Virus record (IMG/VR): IMGVR_UViG_3300021959_006010
Coordinates: 124,001 to 188,000 of that record
Strand: one strand, 5' to 3'
Length of the DNA: 64,000 bases
Positions 1 through 10,600 of the stretch are shown piece by piece. The notes beneath the pieces were generated by a model. That model had not been told where the DNA came from. It worked only from the letters and a program-made list of their open reading frames with translations, and made no database searches. Positions within the stretch are counted from its first letter, which is position 1, and each line of letters begins with the position of its first letter. The position numbers were made by a program, and so were the translations under genes.

Positions 1-568
1 CGTTTGCGCCGCCTGTGACTTGGTTAGTAATACTAAACCAATTGAACTGATTTACTCTACTACCTCCAGTACCATCCGAGTTAACAGCATACTCAGGATG
101 CGCAGGATCAAAGTGTCCATCAATAATTACAACATCAACATCTTTGCCTGTTGTTTGAACGTTAATTGTCCCGCTTTGGTTTGAAACAAAAACTCCTCCG
201 TTCGATCCCCAGTTTCCACGTTGTGTGCCTTCGTATACTCTAAGTAATCCCCAGTTGACATCGTTTACATCTTCAATTGAACTTTTATCAAAATTAGAAC
301 TAGTCTGCTCGTAAAAACGTGTGACTACCATTCCTAATTCTTCCGGAGTAAGAGATACGCCGATTACTCGCGGATCGTTTTTAACTTGTTCTGCTTCTTC
401 TTCAGTAAGCATATAATGCGTATTTCTACTTGGAATTCTTCTGTTGGCTACGTCAACTGCACGATCAGGAATATATAAATTTCCTCCCGGAGTTTCCATA
501 TCGTTGTAGAAATCGTCCAGTTCTTCTTTACTTCTTAGTGATACTACATATTCTCTTAATTCAGACAT
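1..568 (-). CDS. S8 (subtilisin-like) serine peptidase, 5' part; runs off the window edge
   Basis: Hand translation from ATG 568 (not in ORF track): MSELREYVVSLRSKEELDDFYNDMETPGG...RNTHYMLTEEEAEQVKNDPRVIGV (propeptide-like), then GKDVDVVIIDG (catalytic Asp motif of S8). Confidence 0.7.
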   Translation of the reverse strand, partial: MSELREYVVSLRSKEELDDFYNDMETPGGNLYIPDRAVDVANRRIPSRNTHYMLTEEEAEQVKNDPRVIGVSLTPEELGMVVTRFYEQTSSNFDKSSIEDVNDVNWGLLRVYEGTQRGNWGSNGGVFVSNQSGTINVQTTGKDVDVVIIDGHFDPAHPEYAVNSDGTGGSRVNQFNWFSITNQVTGGAN

Positions 569-569
569 A

Positions 570-2636
570 TTACGCCTCTATTTGTACTACTGTTACAGTT
601 ACAGTAATTGTTCTTGTTGTTCCACTTAAATTTCTTACAATTATTGGAACATCATTTGTAACAGGTGATTCGTCATTAAAACCAATTACCCCTGGTGTTA
701 ATTTTACAGTTTGTGCGCCAACTGTTACAACTTCAGAGATTAAACCACTAACATTGATAGGATCTACATCAATGGATCTACCACTATCAGTTGATCTCGA
801 ATTAGCATCGGTATAAATTCTTACCCACGCTGCTGCGTCTGTTTCTATTTTGTATAAAATATATCCTGGGAATGTAAGTGATAAAGTTGCAAGTGCTTGA
901 CTTTGATCAGTTAAACTAGAAGTAGTAACTTGGAAAGTTGTTCTGCTTCCTAAACTGGTTCCGCCGCCGCCACCACTCGGTGTAACGTTTTGCCAGTCCG
1001 AAGTAGCTGCTTGATATGTTAAAACTTGTCCATCAGTCGGACTTGTAATTTTAACATTAGTAATATCATTGATATCAGCAACAGTTCCGCCACTTGCAGG
1101 AGCATTTGGCTCCCAGTTACCAGTGCTACTATTATACGAAATTATATCTCCGTTGTTAGCTCCAGCACCTAGGTCTACATCTGTTAACGTATCTAATGTT
1201 GTTGCGCCGCCACCGCCGCTCGGTGTTTGGAACGTAAAATTACCTGCGCCATCTGTTGTTAATACTTGCCCGGCAATTAAACCGTCTACTATTCCAAGAT
1301 CGGTTAGTACAGTCGGTACATCTGCATCATTTGCTAGTTTATTCCACGCACCTCCATGTGCAAAGTACATTGCAGCATCTGCGTGGCTATGTGCTATTGC
1401 TCCGTGCCATGTTGTTGCATTTGGAAATGCTAATTGATCTACATAGTATTGACGAACAGGTTGTGCAGCAATAGCTGAATCAGATGCAATATATCCTGTG
1501 TCGTTATCAAAATTAATTGTAAGTGTTTGTCCAGTGATAGTAGTACTTAAATCAATTCCGCCTGTTACTGTTAAAATAGTATTGGTACTATTTGCTGTTA
1601 CACTTCCGTTATCGGAACTTACTGTACTGAAAATGTTTTGTGTTCCGCCGCCTGCGGATATAGTTGTAAATATAAAATTACCACTACCGTCTGTAGAAAG
1701 CACTTGACCGTTTGAACCATCGGCAATACCAAGATCAGTAAGTGTTGTTGGAACAGTAGACGATAGCGCATAGTTAGAAAGAGTTGACGATAAGAAACTG
1801 CTAGTTACATAGTTAGCCAGTTGTCCTGATAAAAATGATCCATCTACAAAATCTTGGTCATTTGTAAATGCACTTAACACTGTTGGTCTATTTATTACAT
1901 CAGTCCATTGTCCTGTAAATGCAAGCGTACTTAAACTTCCTGGCTGTACTGCTGACGTAGCAAGAGCTCCTTGTGCTGCTGTTGCAGCATCAGTAATACC
2001 ATATCCTCCTAGTGTTGTAGGAGTATTTTGTATATTTGTCCAGTCTACTATAACTGTACCAAAGTTTTGACTGTTTACCCATTCTCTTGTTGCAAGGGTA
2101 CCATCTTCGTCTGGAATAATAACATCTCTATCTGCGGTAACTGTTGTAGCTTGCAGTTTAGCTTCAAAGTCATCTGGTGCAGTGCCTTCAAATATAAGTT
2201 TAGTTCCTGCACTAATCCAAATGTTGTCTGTAGGATACAGTACAAGGTTTGCCGGAGAGCGTATTTCTGTTTCGCCACTAGCAACAGTCATTACGTTATC
2301 TGTAAATTGGAAATTTCCAACGTTAGCTGCTTGTCTACTTACAAACTGAAATGTTCCATCTCCGTTTGCTTGAAGTATGTGTCCAGCTGTCCCGTCAGCA
2401 ATTCCTAAATCTGTTAGTGTATCTGGAATATCAGGTAAGTTTTGTAAGTCGTTATAATCACCTGTAACTGTTACACCATTTACTTCAAGTGATCCAGTAG
2501 CAATATTTCCTACTGCTGAAATATTAAGTACATTAGTAATACTACTATTTGTTAGTAATAAGTTATCACCTTCGGGCAACTCTGCAAAGTTGCCGCCGTT
2601 TGATGTATCAATTACTAGGGGATATCTATTAGCCAT
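570..2636 (-). CDS. Virion structural/fibre-like protein with repeated TLTDLGIADG...GQVL modules
   Basis: 688 aa ORF, G/T/S-rich fibre-type repeats, ATAAATA motif upstream, located in structural block. Confidence 0.65.
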   Translation of the reverse strand: MANRYPLVIDTSNGGNFAELPEGDNLLLTNSSITNVLNISAVGNIATGSLEVNGVTVTGDYNDLQNLPDIPDTLTDLGIADGTAGHILQANGDGTFQFVSRQAANVGNFQFTDNVMTVASGETEIRSPANLVLYPTDNIWISAGTKLIFEGTAPDDFEAKLQATTVTADRDVIIPDEDGTLATREWVNSQNFGTVIVDWTNIQNTPTTLGGYGITDAATAAQGALATSAVQPGSLSTLAFTGQWTDVINRPTVLSAFTNDQDFVDGSFLSGQLANYVTSSFLSSTLSNYALSSTVPTTLTDLGIADGSNGQVLSTDGSGNFIFTTISAGGGTQNIFSTVSSDNGSVTANSTNTILTVTGGIDLSTTITGQTLTINFDNDTGYIASDSAIAAQPVRQYYVDQLAFPNATTWHGAIAHSHADAAMYFAHGGAWNKLANDADVPTVLTDLGIVDGLIAGQVLTTDGAGNFTFQTPSGGGGATTLDTLTDVDLGAGANNGDIISYNSSTGNWEPNAPASGGTVADINDITNVKITSPTDGQVLTYQAATSDWQNVTPSGGGGGTSLGSRTTFQVTTSSLTDQSQALATLSLTFPGYILYKIETDAAAWVRIYTDANSRSTDSGRSIDVDPINVSGLISEVVTVGAQTVKLTPGVIGFNDESPVTNDVPIIVRNLSGTTRTITVTVTVVQIEA

Positions 2637-2676
2637 TCTCTAAATCCTATTGTTTTATATATTTATCGTAACTCAC

Positions 2677-4494
2677 TTATGCACCAATACTACCGTTAGC
2701 AAGTATCCATCCTGTGCCATTCCAAATACAACTATACATTCCTGTACTTAATTCTTCAAGTCTCCAGGTAAAGGTTGTAGCAGTAGCAGTTGTAAGAGCC
2801 CCGTTAGTCCATATAGCATTTGCTACAGTAATATCATTGAATCCGCTTCCTGGATTCCTCCAAAGTTTTAGTTCTTGTCCTATATATGTACCATCTGCTA
2901 GTGTATAATTTTGTCCCGGTACAATAAAATGATTTGTAACTGTTATATCAATTGGTCCACCTACTGGAGCATCTGCAAAACTTGTAGTTTTAATTGAAGT
3001 ACTATTAAATGTAAGCCTATTATCAGCACTCATACCTACTGGATATTCTACAGGATTTTGTGGATCACTATCATCAACAAATTTTAAACTGTTGTTGCTT
3101 AGATAGAAGTGACGCACTTTAAACTCTGCACTACCAATATCATATGTTGCATTTGCAGTAGGTATAAAGTGTCCTGCTGATGTAATATCCCAGCGAGCGG
3201 TGTTTTCAGTTTTAAATTCAATATTACCATCTGATCCTGTGTCAGTTACAGTAACAGCACTGTCGCCTTGTGTAATAGCATTAGATGTACCACCGCCACT
3301 TTGTGCGACCCAGTCATAATCAGTACCTGTCCAACTAAGTACTTGACCTGTTGTTGCTGTACTTGTGTTTAAGTGTGCGTCAATGCCGCCTTCGACATCT
3401 GCAGGTTCAAATGTAAATACCCCTGTAGAGTTATTATAAGTTAAACTACCAGTGCCGCCGATTGGCGGTGGATTATTAGTTATACTAAAACTACTCAACG
3501 TAGTATAGTTGCCTAAGTTTGTGATTTGAGATTCAGTAATTAGTATAGCACCTTGGTGTTGTGTAACTGCTGTTTCTGTAATGTTTGCAGGAGGTACGTT
3601 TGTCCAAGTAACACTTGCTGTTAGATCGTTAGTTTCTGTGTAACTTGTTAGATAAGATGATAAATCTGGAGGTGTATATGTAAACACACCTGTGCTATCT
3701 GTGTATGTTAGTGTTCCATTACCACTTGCAGGGTTTGATACAACACTAAAATTGCCTAAAACATCTGGCGGTGTATATGTAAACACACCAGTAAAAACGT
3801 CATATGCAATAGCACCGCTACCACTTGCTGCTGCTGGAGCACCTACACTTAGATCAGCTAGTTCGATGTAACTGCTTAGATCCGGTGGAGTGTATGTAAA
3901 CACACCAGTCGAATTATTGTATGCAAGTCCTCCACTTCCACTTGCTGTTGCATCTGCACTTACACTTAGATCAGCTAATGTAATGTATGATCCTAAATCA
4001 CTAATTTGTGATTCGGTGATACTTAGAGCTGCTTGGTGTTGTGTAACACTTGATTCAGTTATGTTTATATCTGGTACGTTTGCCCAAGTAACCGCACTTG
4101 TTAAATCGTTTGTTTCAGTAGTAATATACGTAGATAAGTCAGGTGGTGTATACTGAAATATTCCTGTTATATTATCGTAAGTTAGTGTTCCACTACCTGC
4201 GGCAGCAAGACTTGTAACACTTAAATCTGTAAGAGCTATTCCTGCTGCACCACTAGTAGAAAGTAAAATTTGATCGTTATCGTCATCGTATGTAGCAGTT
4301 ATGTTAGTATGATTTGCATGTGTAAACATTGCCGCAGCATAGTCTTGTGATATTTCTTCTAGTTCTGCTGCTGTTCCTCCAGTAAGGGCATATAGTTCGT
4401 CGAAGTTTGAATTAATTTTAGTAAAACTTGTACGTAACGGATCGCCATCACCTTTGTTAGGACTTGTTCCTATATTAATTGTTTGTTTTGCCAT
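2677..4494 (-). CDS. Baseplate/fibre protein with T4 gp9/gp10-like N-terminus and internal repeats
   Basis: N-term MAKQTINIGTSPNKGDGDPLRTSFTKINSNFDELY; repeated TGVFTYTPPDLSSY; duplicated TETNDLT..VTW.NVP..NITE..VTQHQ.A..ITESQI. Confidence 0.7.
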   Translation of the reverse strand: MAKQTINIGTSPNKGDGDPLRTSFTKINSNFDELYALTGGTAAELEEISQDYAAAMFTHANHTNITATYDDDNDQILLSTSGAAGIALTDLSVTSLAAAGSGTLTYDNITGIFQYTPPDLSTYITTETNDLTSAVTWANVPDINITESSVTQHQAALSITESQISDLGSYITLADLSVSADATASGSGGLAYNNSTGVFTYTPPDLSSYIELADLSVGAPAAASGSGAIAYDVFTGVFTYTPPDVLGNFSVVSNPASGNGTLTYTDSTGVFTYTPPDLSSYLTSYTETNDLTASVTWTNVPPANITETAVTQHQGAILITESQITNLGNYTTLSSFSITNNPPPIGGTGSLTYNNSTGVFTFEPADVEGGIDAHLNTSTATTGQVLSWTGTDYDWVAQSGGGTSNAITQGDSAVTVTDTGSDGNIEFKTENTARWDITSAGHFIPTANATYDIGSAEFKVRHFYLSNNSLKFVDDSDPQNPVEYPVGMSADNRLTFNSTSIKTTSFADAPVGGPIDITVTNHFIVPGQNYTLADGTYIGQELKLWRNPGSGFNDITVANAIWTNGALTTATATTFTWRLEELSTGMYSCIWNGTGWILANGSIGA

Positions 4495-4606
4495 AGACTT
4501 TACCCTCTACTTTAACTGCTAATTTTGTTCCACGATTTGTAACAACAGTGACTTTGTTGCCACTGTTGTTTGTTGAAACCGTTTTTTCTTCCGATTTTTT
4601 CGTCAT
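4475..4606 (-). CDS. Small basic hypothetical protein (43 aa)
   Basis: Hand translation MTKKSEEKTVSTNNSGNKVTVVTNRGTKLAVKVEGKVYGKTNN; TAATG stop/start coupling to the upstream gene. Confidence 0.45.
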   Translation of the reverse strand: MTKKSEEKTVSTNNSGNKVTVVTNRGTKLAVKVEGKVYGKTNN

Positions 4607-7600
4607 TATGTTCTTCCTACTAGCACTTCAACAACACCCTTGTCAGTATCGTCTTTCGTTGATATTGCTTTACCAATGACAGTACCTACGCCTGGAGTAT
4701 TGTTTACACAAGCATATCCAGGCACTGCACTAGTTACTAACATATCACCTTTTTGTACTTTACCAATTACTTTACAAGGTACTCTACCTTTTAGTGCAAC
4801 ACCTACAACATGATCACCTTCTAGCGCACTATTCATTAAGTGTGCTGGATTTGTTGTAACAATACCAGCAACTCTATGATCACCTTTGGTGTTTGTTACA
4901 GTAACTTCAGCATCGCCGCCTAGTACAAGAACTGTTCCTGCATCATAATCTGCATCACCTAAATAGTTTTCTGCTAAGTCAGCATATTGTGCTTGTGTAG
5001 CAGTACCTTCAAATGTTGTTGCATACACTGTATTAAACACACTCGAAGAACTACCTAAGTTTACATTGTCAGCAGTTGAACTCGGTAATATGTCATTATC
5101 TGTGGTATTGCCTGCGTTAGTTACTTGTTGAAGTGTTCTAGTAAGACCATTACTTGAACTAGTTACGTCTGATAATAATGCAACAGTACCACTTTCGTCT
5201 TTAAATTCAATTACTTTGTTACTAACTGTTGCGCCTGCAAATTGTACTGTCGTTGTAAAAGATCCATTTCTGTTAACAATATCTGCTGTATCAACAGTGT
5301 CAACAAAAATCTCATTATAACGTAAACTGTTGGTACCAATATCATAAGCACTGTCTGTATCAGGTTCAATACCTGTTGACTTAAATGTTGCAACTACTGG
5401 ACTTGTACTATTACCGCTGTTAGCAACAACAATAGCAACTTCGCCAGTACCTGCTTTACCACTTCCTGCACCTATTGCAATACCTGCACTTGCTGCTTCT
5501 TTCTCACCCGGTGCTTCGATAAATCCGTGATATGCCCAGTTACTTGCAACCCAAGAGCTTTCACTAAACGAAGTACTGTTGTCTTGTAGAATACTAGTAT
5601 CAAACACATCTGGATCTGTACCAGCGTCAGCACCATCCGGATCAGTTAGTCCGCCAATGTTTAGATTACCTGGAATATAAACATCTGGATTAATAGTTGA
5701 ACTACCGCCTTGTGCAGTTAACACAACACCTTCTACTGGTGTTGTAATTTTTAGTCTAGTACCGCCAGTGCCGTCTAGTTGTAGAACGGTATAGTCATTG
5801 TTTTGTCCTAGTGCTAGAGAGTTAACAGTAACTTCACCGTTTGCTTCTGTCTTAACCAAACTATCAGCTGTACCAGTAGTTGTAATAAGTTCAATGTCGT
5901 ATGTTTCTGAACCAGTTCTTACAACAGCGCCATTATTACTACCGCTAATGTCTGTGTGTAAAATGCCGCCGCCTTCGTCAACTACTGTACCAAATGATAC
6001 TTGTGCAACATTAGCGGTGTTTGCTGTTGAATTACCTAAAACACTATCAGATGCTATTGTTTGTAGTTTACTTAATGATATCCCGTTATCGGCAATAGTT
6101 GTCCAACCTCTTGCAACACTGAATATGTCTCCGTCGAATTTTGCCAATCCAAGTGTTGCTTGTACAGTTGCATCATCATCGCCGCCAACTGGAAGAGTAT
6201 CATTTTGCGGATCATAAGTGTCCGCTTCTTGCATATCTAGTTTACTTTGTAGTATTCCAGCAGTTGGAGAAACATCTGCATTGACAATGACTTCTGGATT
6301 GATTTGTAAATCAATTGTTGCTGTTGGAACATCAGGATCTACATTAGGATCATCTGAGTTATCATTGTCTGTTCTTACAATAGTTATTCCAATATCACTA
6401 CTTGCATCTTCGTCAGCATTGATTATTTCATCGTATATTCCGTCTTCAACTGTACCGCTAACACCTATGTTTGTATAAACACTTGCGTTTACAGTAATAC
6501 CTGTGTAATTTACAGTAGGAGTAAATGCAATCTCTACAACATCGCCAAGAACACTGTCTGTTCTTGCATATACACCAACTACGGTACCAAAGTCAACTGT
6601 TCCTGCTTGGTTTCTTAAAATAGCACCAATTTCAAAGTCGCCGCCTGATATAGATAGTGCATCAATTATTATTATTTTTGCACCACTCATAGCTAGCAGT
6701 TGATTTTCTGCACCGTTATAAACACTTACATCTCTTAGTAAAGAGAATTTGTTAAATGCATCAGATCTACTGTCAACATATGCTTTGTTTACTGCAACCT
6801 GTGGATCAGAGTTTAGATCAATATTAGCAAGGTCAGTAATATAATTACCGTCCATATCTAAGTTGCCTGTCATAGGCACAGATCCGTTTTGTACGATTAC
6901 ACGAGGACCAATTGGATTGCTTACAGGAATACCTGAATGATCGTAACCCAAGCGTCTGTTCACATAAGCTCTAACAGCACTTTCAACTGGAACAGTATCA
7001 ATTGCATTATCGCTCATTTCGCTGTCTGTAGAGAATTCAGTAACAACAACACCACGTTTAAATCCAATACCGTCAACATCTGAAAGCGCAATACTTGCAC
7101 TAAATGTAACAGTACCAGTACCTTGGTCAACTGTAAAGAATCTACCAACACGGAAGAAACCATCTTGGTCTGTACTTACATAGAACACACGCCCTTTGTT
7201 ACGCTCTTGAACTTCGGCGTCTTGATCTGCATTTTTTGCAGGGAAACCTAAGATAACATTTGGATAGTTAGTTTCGTTAAACGATCCTGTACCAATGTCT
7301 AAGAAGTCGTGTCCTGTTGCTCGACATGTTGAAATATTGATTGTAATTGTAGCCGGTGCACCGTCTTGCAATCCAGCTCTAAGTACAACACTTTCACCTG
7401 TTAAATCTACTGGAGAATTTAAGCCAGTAACACCTGCACTAGTAAGATCGCTGTTTGGAACTTCTGCAATATCTACTAATGCATAAGGGTGAGCATCTGA
7501 ATTATAACTATAAGTTTCTGCGCCTGTTGCAGCATCTGAAACTTCTCTATAATTATAAACATAGTGCTTTTTACCTGCCCAAGTCATAACCATTGGAAGT

Positions 7601-10600
7601 TGGTTAGTGTAATCTGCTGGTCTACCGCCTACAGGTGTTAAACTGTTGTTGTTTAAACGATTTCTATCCTTTTCTTCTGTAAGTGTTGATATAGCAATTT
7701 GGTCATCGCCAATTGTACCACCCATGCTAGTGCCTGTAACACTTGCAGGAAGGTTAGCTGTTTGTGATGCATATGTTCCGCTGACCAATAGTCTTACATA
7801 GTCATATGTTGCATCAAATGCTGTATAAACAGAACCAAATGCTAAATCATTACCTGCTGCATCAGCAGATCCAAAACTAATTGATCTGTATGTATAGTTA
7901 GGATCTTCAGCAAAGTTAACAGCAGTACTTGGACGAATAGTTAAGTTGCCAGGATTTTCTGCACCAGTAAGAATAAAGTTTTGGTTTGAACGTATGTTTA
8001 ACGGCTCGTCTTGTACTATTGCAGCTAAAAGTCCGTCATTACTAAATCCTGAATTACCTGTTGAAAAGTTTGCACGATAAACCTGTCCACTTTTTACAGG
8101 AGTTATTGCTGTTTGATTTATAGTCCCGCTAATAGTTGCCGATGTAATAGCACCAACCGCTCCAAGTTCAGGATCTGTATTAACTCCTGTAATTGTGATT
8201 GTTGCATCGTGTGTTGAAGTACTACCACCTAATTCCGTACCGTCTACTACAATTTGTTCAGTGCCAAGCCATCCTGAACCACCACCTGTTATACTTAGAG
8301 TGTATCCGTTTTGCTGACTCTTTTCGATTACAAATTCTGCATTTATACCACCCGGGCTTGTAGTAGTGTATACTGTATCATCAATTGTATAGCCGTCAAC
8401 TAATACTCCTGTAATTTTTGATATGTTTGCTACTTCGTATCTTCCGATACGATCTGCGCCTTGTATGTTGTGTACTAAATCTAACTCACCTTTGTTAGTT
8501 GGAACAAATTCTGTATCATAGAAATGTAAACTTAATTGTTCAAACTCGTTTGTAAATCCAGTTTGAATAGATAGTGGAATACTGTCAGGACCTTGTCCTG
8601 TTGCTGCAAATTCAAGTTCTTCAGCAAGGTTAAGTGTACCTGAAACGTTGTTTAAGTATACTTTTCTTCCACTTGTTGTAAATGCAATATCAGCACTAAA
8701 GTCTGAAGTAGGCTGCGTTACTGCATCACCAGCAGTTGCGTTTACTATACCTGTAGTTGTAACAATGCCGTCAACACTAAATGCTTTAGCTGCTTGAACC
8801 ATATCATTTTCAAGTGTAACTGCGTCTGGAACTTCGTTTGGATCAGCACCTTCTGCAACTAGACCAAAGTTACCGTTAGCGTTAGAGCCAGCAACTGAAC
8901 GAATCTGCGAACCGTTGTACGAGTAGTATGCAGCATGACAGTAGTATGTAAACATACTAACCATCTCTGACAAGCCACCATTCATTACAAGTAAGCCATA
9001 ACCTAAGTCGTTAATTTGTGTAAAGTCATTTCCTAGCTGTGATCTGTTACCAGCTGTTTGTAATGTAACATCATATGGTACAGGATAATCAACACTGCTA
9101 TAACCAACTGGATTTCCGTTTTGATCGTCTGGTCCAGAAGTAGAATCTAGTATAAGAGTAGCAGTTGGACTTAAAATACCATCTTTCGGATCATAGTCTA
9201 CAATATCGTTAACTTGGTATCTAGAACCGTTTATATAAAACGGAGCCGGAACTTGTGGTTTTCTAATAAACAATCCACTGTTTGGTGCGCCTTCAACTTC
9301 TAGTGTAAACGAATCAATAACATTAGTAATAGTTAAAGGAGTATTACCACAGAATGCATCTACAAGCATACCTCCACGGAATGCCTGACGGTTAATTGTT
9401 TGAGAGAAACTTGAACCAGTTTGAATATATGGAGATTTAGTTAGGATCTGTCCTTCGGGATCAAGCACACACATAAATCCGCCGTGCCCTTGTACAGTCA
9501 TATTACGCAAAATAGTTGCATCATTCATCATAAATGCATCTAATTGTGTGTTATTTCGTGCTGGGTTAAAGTCTGGATCAAAAGCAAACAACATCAAAGC
9601 AAATAGTTCGTTTATTGGACTATTAACACCTGTTTCTTTAACAATATTTGTATTAACATATTGTGTTAAAGAACTTAAACTTGTTATTGCTGTATTATCA
9701 ACAATGTCAAGAACATAAGCATTTAACTGCTGAATAGCAGCACTTGTTTGTGCTTCTTGTCCATTTACAGCACCTGCATAATAAGAACCTTGTGCAGCTA
9801 ACGAATTACTTCTACCGCCTTCTCTAAGATCTGCAACAATTGCATCTACAATAAATCCAACATCTCGAGAACACTTAGCACTGTCATAAGTAAAGCCGTT
9901 CCATATTCCTACATTATTTAGAATATTATCGTCGATCCAAGCAATGATTTCTGCTTGTAAAAATGCTCTGTTTTTCTCTAGCAAGCGAGCAGTATTTTCA
10001 TACTCTCCTGCGTTAGTAACTGTTAACTGACCATTGTTGTCTATGTTAATATCTCTTGTAGGATCGATAAGATAATGTCTACCAAAATAACCTGTTGGAT
10101 CATCAACGCCGGGAGTTAAATTTAGTAGAGGATCATAATACTCTGTGCCTCCTGTTGGCAAGTTTGTATCGGCATAACCAGTAGCACTTGTCGCTCCGTC
10201 GCCTGTCAATCCGTCAAATTCTCTATCTCTATAGAAATAAACGTTAGCCCAAGGACTTAACGATGGACGATTCTTAGGACGAATGATTACACGTCTAAAT
10301 TCGTCACCTTTGATAGAAGTATTTCCAGGTACACGAATTGGATAATCTTCGTAATATATACCAGTTTCGATTCTAATAGTTGTTTGATCTTCTTTTACTA
10401 AGTTTCCAAATTCTAATTCTTCACCGTCTACAAATTCTATAGGTCTTAAAAGATTTAGATAAAGACTATCATTATTAGTCGGTGTAGTTGTTGCAGTATC
10501 AGCTTCGTAGTCATAACGTGTAATTCTACCAATCGCACGTGATGACTTACCAACTACTACTTTACCAACTCTTAAATCACTGTTTGTTGGATTACCTTGG

